A stretch of 64,000 nt of DNA from Phyllobates terribilis. Taxonomy: Eukaryota. Numbering within the stretch: the first letter of the stretch is position 1; each line of letters starts with the position of its first letter. Below, one piece after another: positions 1-12,100 of this stretch. The stretch lies in the NCBI RefSeq assembly GCF_046119375.1, contig NW_027362765.1:287556001-287620000 (forward strand). Reading direction: 5' to 3'. Position numbers and translations under genes: made by a program. The notes beneath the pieces were generated by a model. That model saw only the letters and a list, made by a program, of their open reading frames with translations. It was not told the DNA's origin and did no database searches.

Positions 1-3000
1 TGTACATAAAGTGCAGCACAGATTCATCTCACTGCCTCACCACTGAGCGTGTACATAAAGTGCAGCACAGATTCATGTCACTGCCTCACTACTGAGCGTG
101 TACATAAAGTGCAGCACAGATTCATCTCACTGCCTCACTACTGAGCGTGTATATAAAGTGCAGCACAGATTCATCTCACTGCCTCACTACTGAGCGTGTA
201 CATAAAGTGCAGCACAGATTCATCTCACTACTGAGCGTGTACATAAAGTGCAGCACAGATTCATGTCACTGCCTCACTACTGAGCGTGTACATAAAGTGC
301 AGCACAGATTCATCTCACTGCCTCACTACTGAGCGTGTACATAAAGTGCAGCACAGATTCATCTCACTGCCTCACTACTGAGCATGTACATAAAGTGCAG
401 CACAGATTCATCTCACTGCCTCACTACTGAGCGTGTACATAAAGTGCAGCACAGATTCATCTCACTGCCTCACTACTGAGCATGTACATAAAGTGCAGCA
501 CAGATTCATCTCACTGCCTCACTATTGAGCGTGTATATAAAGTGCAGCACAGATTCATCTCACTGCCTCACTACTGAGCGTGTACATAAAGTGCAGCACA
601 GATTCATCTCACTGCCTCACTACTGAGCGTGTACATAAAGTGCAGCACAGATTCATCTCACTACTGAGCATGTACATAAAGTGCAGCACAGATTCATCTC
701 ACAGCCTCACTACTGTGTGTACATAAAGTGCAGCACAGATTCATCTCACTACTGAGCGTGTACATTAAGTGCAGCACAGATTCATCTCACTGCCTCACTA
801 CTGAGCATGTACATAAAGTGCAGCATAGATTCATCTCACAGCCTCACTACTGAGCGTGTACATAAAGTGCAGCACAGATTCATCTCACAGCCTCACTACT
901 GAGAGTGTACATAAAGTGCAGCACAGATTCATCTCACAGCCTCACTACTGAGCGTGTACATTAAGTGCAGCACAGATTCATGTCACTGCCTCACTACTGA
1001 GCGTGTACATAAAGTGCAGCACAGATTCATCTCACTGCCTCACTACTGAGCATGTACATAAAGTGCAGCACAGATTCATCTCACAGCCTCACTACTGAGA
1101 GTGTACATAAAATGCAGCACAGATTCATCTCACTGCCTCACTACTGAGCGTGTGCATAAAGTGCAGCACAGATTCATCTCACTGCCTCACTACTGAGCGT
1201 GTACATAAAGTACAGCACAGATTCATCTCACTGCCTCACTACTGAGCATGTACATAAAGTGCAGCACAGATTCATGTCACTGCCTCACTACTGAGCGTGT
1301 ACATAAAGTGCAGCACAGATTCATCTCACTGCCTCACTACTGAGCATGTACATAAAATGCAGCACAGATTCATCTCACTGCCTCACTACTGAGCGTGTAC
1401 ATAAAGTGCAGCACAGATTCATCTCACTGCCTCACTACTGAGCGTGTACATAAAGTGCAGCACAGATTCATCTCACTGCCTCACTACTGAGCGTGTACAT
1501 AAAGTGCAGCATAGATTCATCTCACTACTGAGCATGAACATAAAGAGCAGCACAGATTCATCTCACTGCCTCACTACTGAGCGTGTACATGAAGTGCAGC
1601 ACAGATCCATCTCACTGCCTCACTACTGAGCATGTACATAAAGTGCAGCACAGATTCATCTCACTGCCTCACTACTGAGCATGTACATAAAGTGCAGCAC
1701 AGATTCATCTCACTGCCTCACTACTGAGCATGTACATAAAGTGCAGCACAGATTCATCTCACTGCCTCACTACTGAGCGTGTAAAGTGCAGCACAGATTC
1801 ATCTCACTGCCTCACTACTGAGCGTGTACAAAGTGCGGCACAGATTCATCTCACTACCTCACTACTGAGCGTGTACATAAAGTGCAGCACAGATTCATCT
1901 CACTACTGAGCGTGTACATAAAGTGCAGAACAGATTCATCTCACTGCCTCACTACTGAGCGTGTACATAAAGTGCAGCACAGATTCATCTCACTGCCTCA
2001 CTACTGAGCATGTACATAAAGTGCAGCACAGATTCATCTCACAGCCTCACTACTGAGAGTGTACATAAAGTGCAGCACAGATTCATCTCACTGCCTCACT
2101 ACTGAGCGTGTACATAAAGTGCAGCACAGATTCATCTCACAGCCTCACTACTGAGAGTGTACATAAAGTGCAGCACAGATTCATCTCACAGCCTCACTAC
2201 TGAGCGTGTACATAAAGTGCAGCACAGATTCATCTCACAGCCTCACTACTGAGCGTGTACATAAAGTGCAGCACAGATTCATCTCACTGCCTCACTACTG
2301 AGCATGTACATAAAATGCAGCACAGATTCATCTCACTGCCTCACTACTGAGCGTGTACATAAAGTGCAGCACAGATTCATCTCACTGCCTCACTACTGAG
2401 CGTGTACATAAAGTGCAGCACAGATTCATCTCACTACTGAGCGTGTACATAAAGTGCAGCAGATTCATCTCACTACTGAGCGTGTACATAAAGTGCAGCA
2501 CAGATTCATGTCACTGCCTCACTACTGAGCGTGTACATAAAGTGCAGCACAGATTCATCTCACTGCCTCACTACTGAGCATGTACATAAAATGCAGCACA
2601 GATTCATCTCACTGCCTCACTACTGAGCGTGTACATAAAGTGCAGCACAGATTCATCTCACTGCCTCACTACTGAGCGTGTACATAAAGTGCAGCACAGA
2701 TTCATCTCACTGCCTCACTACTGAGCGTGTACATAAAGTGCAGCACAGATTCATCTCACTGCCTCACTACTGAGCGTATAAAGTGCAGCACAGATTCATC
2801 TCACAGCCTCACTACTGAGCGTGTACATAAAGTGCAGCACAGATTCATCTCACTGCCTCACTACTGAGCGTGTACATAAAGTGCAGCACAGATTCATCTC
2901 ACTACCTCACTACTGAGCGTGTACATAAAGTGCAGCACAGATTCATCTCACTGCCTCACTACTGAGCATGTACATAAAATGCAGCACAGATTCATCTCAC

Positions 3001-5868
3001 TGCCTCACTACTGAGCGTGTACATAAAGTGCAGCACAGATTCATCTCACTGCCTCACTACTGAGCGTGTACATAAAGTGCAGCACAGATTCATCTCACTG
3101 CCTCACTACTGAGCGTGTACATAAAGTGCAGCACAGATTCATCTCACTGCCTCACTACTGAGCGTGTACATAAAGTACAGCACAGATTCATCTCACTGCC
3201 TCACTACTGAGCGTGTAAAGTGCAGCACAGATTCATCTCACTGCCTCACTACTGAGCGTGTACATAAAGTGCAGCACAGATTCATCTCACTGCCTCACTA
3301 CTGAGCGTGTACATAAAGTGCAGCATAGATTCATCTCACTACTGAGCATGTACATAATGAGCAGCACAGATTCATCTCACTGCGTCACTACTGAGCGTGT
3401 ACATAAAGTGCAGCACAGATTCATCTCACTGCCTCACTACTGAGCGTGTACATAAAGTGCAGCACAGATTCATGTCACTGCCTCACTACTGAGCGTGTAC
3501 ATAAAGTGCAGCACAGATTCATCTCACTACTGAGCATGTACATAATGAGCAGCACAGATTCATCTCACAGCCTCACTACTGTGTGTACATAAAGTGCAGC
3601 ACAGATTCATCTCACTACTGAGCGTGTACATTAAGTGCAGCACAGATTCATCTCACTGCCTCACTACTGAGCATGTACATAAAGTGCAGCATAGATTCAT
3701 CTCACAGCCTCACTACTGAGCGTGTACATAAAGTGCAGCACAGATTCATCTCACAGCCTCACTACTGAGCGTGTACATAAAGTGCAGCACAGATTCATGT
3801 CACTGCCTCACTACTGAGCGTGTACATAAAGTGCAGCACAGATTCATCTCACTGCCTCACTACTGAGCATGTACATAAAGTGCAGCACAGATTCATCTCA
3901 CAGCCTCACTACTGAGAGTGTACATAAAATGCAGCACAGATTCATCTCACTGCCTCACTACTGAGCGTGTGCATAAAGTGCAGCACAGATTCATCTCACT
4001 GCCTCACTACTGAGCGTGTACATAAAGTGCAGCACAGATTCATCTCACTGCCTCACTACTGAGCGTGTACATAAAGTGCAGCACAGATTCATCTCACTGC
4101 CTCACTACTGAGCGTGTACATAAAGTGCAGCACAGATTCATCTCACTGCCTCACTACTGAGCGTGTAAAGTGCAGCACAGATTCATCTCACTGCCTCACT
4201 ACTGAGCGTGTACATAAAGTGCAGCATAGATTCATCTCACTACTGAGCATGTACATAAAGAGCAGCACAGATTCATGTCACTGCCTCACTACTGAGCGTG
4301 TACATAAAGTGCAGCACAGATTCATCTCACTGCCTCACTACTGAGCATGTACATAAAGTGCAGCACAGATTCATCTCACAGCCTCACTACTGAGCGTGTA
4401 CATAAAGTGCAGCACAGATTCATCTCACTGCCTCACTACTGAGCGTGTACATAAAGTGCAGCACAGATTCATCTCACAGCCTCACTACTGAGCGTGTACA
4501 TAAAGTGCAGCACAGATTCATGTCACTGCCTCACTACTGAGCGTGTACATAAAGTGCAGCACAGATTCATGTCACTGCCTCACTACTGAGCGTGTACATA
4601 AAGTGCAGCACAGATTCATCTCACTGCCTCACTACTGAGCATGTACATAAAATGCAGCACAGATTCATCTCACTACCTCACTACTGAGCATGTACATAAA
4701 GTGCAGCACAGATTCATCTCACTGCCTCACTACTGAGCGTGTACATAAAGTGCAGCACAGATTCATCTCACTGCCTCACTACTGAGCGTGTACATAAAGT
4801 GCAGCACAGATTCATCTCACTGCCTCACTACTGAGTGTGTACATAAAGTGCAGCATAGATTCATCTCACTACTGAGCATGTACATAAAGAGCAGCACAGA
4901 TTCATCTCACTGCCTCACTACTGAGCGTGTACATGAAGTGCAGCACAGATCCATCTCACTGCCTCACTACTGAGCATGTACATAAAGTGCAGCACAGATT
5001 CATCTCACTGCCTCACTACTGAGCATGTACATAAAGTGCAGCACAGATTCATCTCACTGCCTCACTACTGAGCATGTACATAAAGTGCAGCACAGATTCA
5101 TCTCACTGCCTCACTACTGAGCATGTACAAAGTGCGGCACAGATTCATCTCACTACCTCACTACTGAGCGTGTATATAAAGTGCAGCACAGATTCATCTC
5201 ACTACTGAGCGTGTACATAAAGAGCAGCACAGATTCATCTCACTGCCTCACCACTGAGCGTGTACAGAAAGTGCAGCACAGATTCATCTCACTGCCTCAC
5301 TACTGAGCATGTACATAAAGTGCAGCACAGATTCATCTCACTACCTCACTACTGAGCATGTACATAAAGTGCAGCACAGATTCATCTCACTGCCTCACTA
5401 CTGAGCGTGTAAAGTGCAGCACAGATTCATCTCACTGCCTCACTACTGAGCGTGTACATAAAGTGCAGCACAGATTCATCTCACTACCTCACTACTGAGC
5501 GTGTATATAAAGTGCAGCACAGATTCATCTCACTGCCTCACTACTGAGCATGTACATAAAGTGCAGCACAGATTCATCTCACTGCCTCACTACTGAGCGT
5601 GTACATAAAGTGCAGCACAGATTCATCTCACTACTGAGCGTGTACATAAAGTGCAGCACAGATTCATCTCACTGCCTCACTACTGAGCATGTACATAAAG
5701 TGCAGCACAGATTCACCTCACTGCCTCACTACTCAGCGTGTACATAAAGTGCAGCACAGATTCATCTCACTGCTTCACTACTGAGCATGTACATAAAGTG
5801 CAGCACAGATTCATCTCACTGCCTCACTACTGAGCATGTACATAAAGTGCAGCACAGATTCACCTCAA
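1..5868. repeat. 49-bp tandem array (about 120 units; 41-bp and 45-bp deletion variants), open at the left window edge
   Basis: Unit TGTACATAAAGTGCAGCACAGATTCATCTCACTGCCTCACTACTGAGCG repeated head to tail; no unique spacers. Confidence 0.99.
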
Positions 5869-6035
5869 CTAACAGCTGAGATCAGGAACAGAGCAGACAT
5901 TTATAGGACATCTATAACTTTCCCAAATTCTTATGAAAACATTTACAGCACATCCTGAATTGAACTACTGTACCCAATTTATTATATATTTTAGGAGTTG
6001 GAGCATTTTATACAAACTCCGACTCCACAGCCCTG
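5869..6035 (+). mobile_element. 3' part of a hAT-like non-autonomous element that hosts the array
   Basis: Ends CCGACTCCACAGCCCTG, the reverse complement of CAGGGCTGTGGAGTCGG at 14027; alignable to 14155-14335. Confidence 0.75.
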
Positions 6036-6511
6036 CTTTTAGGACATGCAAATATAATAAGGTTGGGTCTCTGACTCTGGAACCCCTAAAAGAGTCACTA
6101 ACAAAAAGCAACTCTGTGCAGACCCTCCATGTACTGCACGTCATTCTACAATGGCATGCAATACTACACAATATGTATGGTTTGTCTGACTGGTATGCAC
6201 CAGTGCCATTTATTTCCATTATATCAAGAAGTATATTTTAGGATTATAGATTAAAGAGTATCCATAGTAGGTTTGCCATCTTCCTTTACCTAAATAATGG
6301 ACCTATATGGATTCTAATGAAATAAGCCCTTACAAAAGCAATGCAATGTGTCCGCACTAAATAACTATTCACGCCTCCGTCTACAAGCCCCAAAGCTTCA
6401 TCTTCCAAAAAGGCAGAATCCCTGGACACTCGGAAGTACCCAAGTCAATTAGACCTGCCTGTAATAAAACTGAAAGTGATGGCTGCACTTACACTAATGC
6501 TCACAGACACT

Positions 6512-6700
6512 TAGACCACGTTCACTCAGTCAGTTTTTTACCGCAGTATTTGTAAGATAAAACCAGGAGTGGAACAGTCAGAGGAAAAGTATAATAGAAA
6601 CAAGTCACCAATTCTGGATTTATCACCCACTCCTGGTTTTGGCTTACAAATACTGAGGTAAAACACTGACCGAATACTGAATGTGTGAATGTGGCCTTAC
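6512..6700. mobile_element. Palindromic Harbinger-like MITE
   Basis: Self-complementary arms (AAAACCAGGAGTGG / CCACTCCTGGTTTT) and TTCAC/GTGAA termini. Confidence 0.5.
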
Positions 6701-9082
6701 AGGGCGCAGTCCACGCCTGCTCATCACCGCTGCACACAATCTGAAACAATCAGGTATGGCGCTGTTTCAGGGGGAGAGGGAAAAAAAAAAAAAAAGAGGC
6801 CACTGCATTTTACCAACCTTCATGGCATATTAATTCTAGATGTGGGGTAAAGGGTGGATCCACCAATCAAATATTGCTAAAATATATAATCAATGATCAC
6901 TGTGCGCGTTTTAAGTGGATCTGTCGTCAGATAAGCTGTCTTTATAACATCTTACTGTCGCCAAATGATTTTGCATCATAGACCAAGCCCCATTTTTTAA
7001 ATCTGACCACTGTCACTTTATGTAGTAATAACTCTGGAACACTTCTCCATATCCCAGAGATTCAGACACTTTTTTTTTTTTGCAATATATTGTAATTCTT
7101 GTTAGTAGTACATTTAGGACCATATGATCCATTATTAAAGAAATTACATGAAATTTGCAACAAATAAAATTAACAAAATTTTCAAACTTTGGATTTTTAA
7201 ACCCTTAAAAAGGGGTTGTCTGGGGATATTCCACAAATATGCCATTTAGGTGCCTAATATGTTGTGCCAAGGTGAAAAGACCTCTCTCTGATTACTATGC
7301 TAGTGTTCCTCATCCTAGAAACACCCTTCATGTGGCCCTAATCTATTATCTGAGTATACAACAGAGCACCATGCACATTTTAGGCCTAAAGATAGAGACC
7401 AAGGAACCAGCCGCTGGAGCGGGGGAGGGTGAGTATTATCTGTCTTTGTTATCTTACTTTACAGGAATCTGGATGCCTTTAAGGATGCTGCTCGGTGGAG
7501 CCATAGACTGTAATGGAAGCAGAACTTTAATTACATGCGACCATCTTTATGAAAAACACTTTTTTTTGTTTTTTTGAAGTGTAGACAATCGTGATATGCT
7601 TGGCTTTTCCACAACCCCCCAACCCCCAAAACATAGGAGAAAAAAAAAAGTAGAACTTTTATACAGATGGTCATATGTAAGAATGGGTAACCCTATCTGA
7701 CCACTAGAGTCCATGGCTGTGCTCAGCGGTACCTTACTCCCTCCACGTATGCCAAGGACATTACATGAACAGCCCCTAAGCTGGGCAGCCTACAGGGAAT
7801 AATATTTTGGGTGAAGGTGGGCCGGAATGGAAAGAACAGTAGTTCCATCACAGTTTCTTGGGTTTTTGCTTTTACAGTGTTCAAATCTTGGTATAAATTA
7901 TCACTGATATAATACTTTCATTATATTTGTCTTTTTCTAACTAACATACAGCCTAACAGACTAAAGGGTTTCAAACATGGCAGACCAGAAGGTCATTGTT
8001 TGACCTCTGGCTGCCATGGCAACTAACAGCACCCTGTTATCATTTTGATGGTGTAGAGACCATCTAGATCAAATCTGGGCAAACTGCAGTCCGTGGGCCT
8101 CATCTGGCTCTCTGGCTATTCCAGTCTGGTCCACAGACCGAGACAAAACAGTGGCCCAGTCCCGGGTCGCTCAATGCCCTCGCCCACCATCCACCCACTA
8201 TCATCGCTATCCACAACCAGGATGCCAACTGTAGTGAATAGATTGGTGGAGGATGGAACCGCCGGCTCCTTCTTCTGCCAATCAGCATGTGCGACTGAGC
8301 CAGCAGACAAAATGACGTCACTTCATCGCGTCTGCTGTGCGGAGAGTTGGTGCATCGGAGACCGGTGCAGAGTACCGGAGAAAAGGGAGCATGGCGAGGA
8401 CGTATTATTTTTTTTTCGTATGGGATGTTTGCATGTATATAGGAGGCTATGTGGGGGCTCACACTGTATTTAGGATGCTATGTGAGGGTTTATACTGTAT
8501 ATAGGGCGAACTAGAATTAATTTCAGCCTATTAGTTCTGCCCTCCACAACAGTCATGTAGCCCCTTAGGGAAATTACTTGTACACCGTTGATCTAGATGG
8601 TGCTGTTGCTATTGATAATGCCATCTAAGGTTAAACAGATATGATCCTCATCCAGCAGCATTACCACACAGCACATATATGGCACTCGTCATCAAAGGCT
8701 TAAGAATCTATTCTATTATAAATCATCGCATTAACAGCACACACACAGAAAATATGGTGTTTTGCCAATAGCTTCTGATTATGTCTGCCGTACACCTTGT
8801 TACTAGTCCGCTGCATTAATAAGGGATCACTGCTGGCTCCTGTATACCGATGTGGATACAAAGGGACTGTTCAAAATGGACGTGAAAGGGAGTCTGCCAT
8901 GTGCTTCTCTTGGCCAAACGTCACAATAAATTAATTCTGTGATATTATGATTAATAGTAAAGGTGACGTGTCACTGAAAATAGGGCAACATATTCTGGTG
9001 ACAGCTTCACTTTCACACCAAAGAACTCCCTTCAATAGCACATTATTTAAAATGACCATCAACAACCCGAGCCTGTCCTTAC

Positions 9083-9181
9083 CTCAATATACATGTTTCC
9101 ATGGACCTCAGACGTGGAGTCTCGTGGTAAGCCACTACGAAGATGAAGCCCATCACAATTCTGCGAGACTACATGCTGCAC
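9083..9181 (-). CDS. SIRT7: SIRT7 exon 6 (99 bp)
   Basis: [33 protein letters not shown] with catalytic His motif HGN; tag acceptor, gtaagg donor. Confidence 0.97.
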
Positions 9182-12100
9182 CTAGCAAGACAATGTATTT
9201 TAATAAAAATGGTTGCAAGATCCAGAAGTTCTCACATCTGACCTATGGCAAGAATATGTACAGCCATTCGACGAGCTGTCACTCCAAGCTATGGGCCAGC
9301 AAGCAGAGAGGCACCGGGTAACGCCCCAGTTTGGAGCTCATAAGGCATTACACAGTGGTCACCACAGGGTGAGGGGAGTCGTAGACACCTACCAGCCCAG
9401 CTCTGTGTAATCGAGCAATGCACATGTGTGTAAAGGTCGGCTCCGCTTCACTTAGATCACCAGTGCTGTGAAATAAAGTGCACACACTTTATAAAAGACA
9501 CCATTAGACATGTCTGATGAGAAGCTTCACACATCAAGCCCCCTCACCTCACACTCCTGCCCTTATTCAGTAGGGTCCACACACCACTTGGTCCACGATA
9601 GTCTGGAATGGCCGCTGCCTATTAAAATAAAGCAGACATCGTTTATTACGTATGTGTTACCATGACTAAACTCAATCTATAGCTTATCTGACGTCACACA
9701 GGCGTATGAAGCCAAGAGCAATAAACCTCGCTTCAGGGTGCATGCGCCATATGCTTTTGTAGGTGACTTGGAATGACGAGGCATCAATTTATGGGGTTTT
9801 GCCACAGTAAAAAAAAAATGCTTCCTATATTAAATAGATCTTGGAAAAATAATGCACTTCTGAAATAAAACTCAATACCAGAAATGAACCCCTTTTCTAC
9901 ATCAAGCATCCCAATGTAGCCTGATCGCTGGTCTCCTAATTTGGTGATCTGTGAATCCTGACTTGAACTCATAGTAACTGAAGAAGCGATCACGGCATAC
10001 TCTGGAGCTGCAGAGAATAATGTGTCTGCATCATATGAACTCTCTGACAGGCATAGTCATCAGCGCTGATCACAACAACAAGCGGCCTATGACACCTCTG
10101 CCGTCTGCCTGGGCCCATGTGCAGAATATCTGCAGTCTATCTGAACACTACAGATGTCATCTGTGCGAGCTCGGCCACTGCAGGAGAAGATAGAAGAACT
10201 GTGTGGTCTGAAGCAACTTAGGAGACCAATGATCAGGTACACAGGTAAGCTTGATGCAAAATAATGGGACATTTCCGGTATTCAATTCTATTTGAAAATT
10301 GTATTATCTTTCCAAGATTTTTTTTTTTTTTTTTAAGATGGGATGTATTTTTTTTATTGTGGTAAAACCGCTTTAAAAAAGGGCATATAACTACATGACT
10401 TCACCTGAATGGCAATGCCCAGATGACTCTTAAGGGGTAATTAGTAGAGTTAAAGAGGCCGTCCACTACTGGATAACCCATGCTTAATCAATTTAGGATC
10501 CCAATAATTAAAAAAAAACATTGTCAGTGCTGCCGTTTCCGGTGGGTGATGTGACATTATTTTGTCATCCCATCAGCGGTTACTGTCTTTACTATTTCAT
10601 CAGAGCGGATGATGAGCGGCAGCCGATCTGCGACAACACTGGGAACAGCAGCGCTGAAATCCCAGAAACGGTGCCGCTGTTGGAGGCGAGGATACACTGG
10701 TAATATCTTAATTGGGATCCTGAAAGACAACTCCTGATTAATCAACTTGTGTACAAGCAAAAACATTCATGCTGTCATGGTGCAATCTCCAGTGCACGGC
10801 AGTCTTCATTTCTGTGGCCAGCATCCTTGAACCACCATGGGTGCCTCCAGTGGACTACACTGTACGCTGGACCAGGGCAGAAAGACATTTTTTTGCTCAA
10901 CTCTAATAACCAGCAATCAGCACATGCACTATTATAAGTGCACTGCTAAACTGGACAGTTTATAATGGGACATTGAGACATTTATTGTAAGTTAGTGTAA
11001 CAGTATGGTAGTGGTTTAGGGTAGGAAAATCACTGGATTTTCTGGATCCCTTTATGACAACCCCTCAGCAGTTCCACAGACGAAAATAGGACAATCAGCA
11101 GAGGATTACTGCTGTGTTTTCTGTAGGATTTCTACAAGACTTTGCTTAAGGCGCCTACAGAAAATCCTGCAGACTGAAATGCTGAGTGCAAATTTACGTT
11201 TTAATTTCTTTTTTCTTTGGCCCCGCCTGGGATGGCGTGATTGGAGGAAAAGTTGGGAGAGGAAAGTTTATAAATAAGAATGTAGGGATAATCTTTGTAT
11301 ATTAATCATTCGCTTTTCTATGGAGCAAATAATATATATAAACTCAACCAAAAATATATAACAATACAACAGGGTTTGTCCTGGGCCCAGAAGTAAAAGT
11401 CCATGCTATGTTGGCTACTGCAGCTCAGGCACATTGACTCATAGAATCATAGAATGGTAGAGTTGGAAGGGACCTCCTGGGTCATCTGGTCCAACCCCCT
11501 GCTCAAAGCAGGATTCACTAGATCATCTCAGACAGATGTCTGTCCAGCCTCTGTTTGAAGACGTCCATTGAAGGGGAACTCACCACCTCTCGTGGCAGCC
11601 TGTTCCACTCATTAATCACCCTAACTGTCAAAAAGTTTTTTCTAATATCTAATCTGTGTCTCCTCCCATTTAGTTTCATCCCATTGCTTCTAGTCTTTCC
11701 TTGTGCAAATGAGAATAAAGATGATCCTTCTACAATGTGACAGCCCTTGACATATTTGTAGACAGCTATTAAGTCTCCTCTCAGTCTTCTTTTTTGCAAG
11801 CTAAACATTCCCAAATCCTGCAACCGTTCCTCATAGGACATGGTTTGCAGACCAATCACCATTCTGGTCGCTCTTCTCTGAACTTGCTCCAGTTAGTCTA
11901 TGTCTTTTTTAAAATGTGGTGCCCAAAACTGTACACAGTATTCCAGATGAGGTCTGACCAAAGAGGAGTAAAGACCGATAATGACTTCACGTGATCTAGA
12001 CTGTATGCTTCTGTTAATACATCCCAGAATTGTATTTGCCTTTTTTGCTGCTGCATCACACTGTTGACTCATGTTCAGTCTATGATCTATTAGTATACCT

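Noticed and set aside
147-5747. Repeated MYIKCSTDSSH... ORFs
   Set aside because: They are frame artefacts of 49+41 bp unit pairs in the satellite; no coding evidence.
1-5868. CRISPR-like appearance
   Set aside because: Units are contiguous with no unique spacers, and the DNA is vertebrate.
6698-6740. Exon-like cag...gtaagg segment as SIRT7 exon 7
   Set aside because: No frame resembles sirtuin sequence; the apparent donor overlaps a MITE end.
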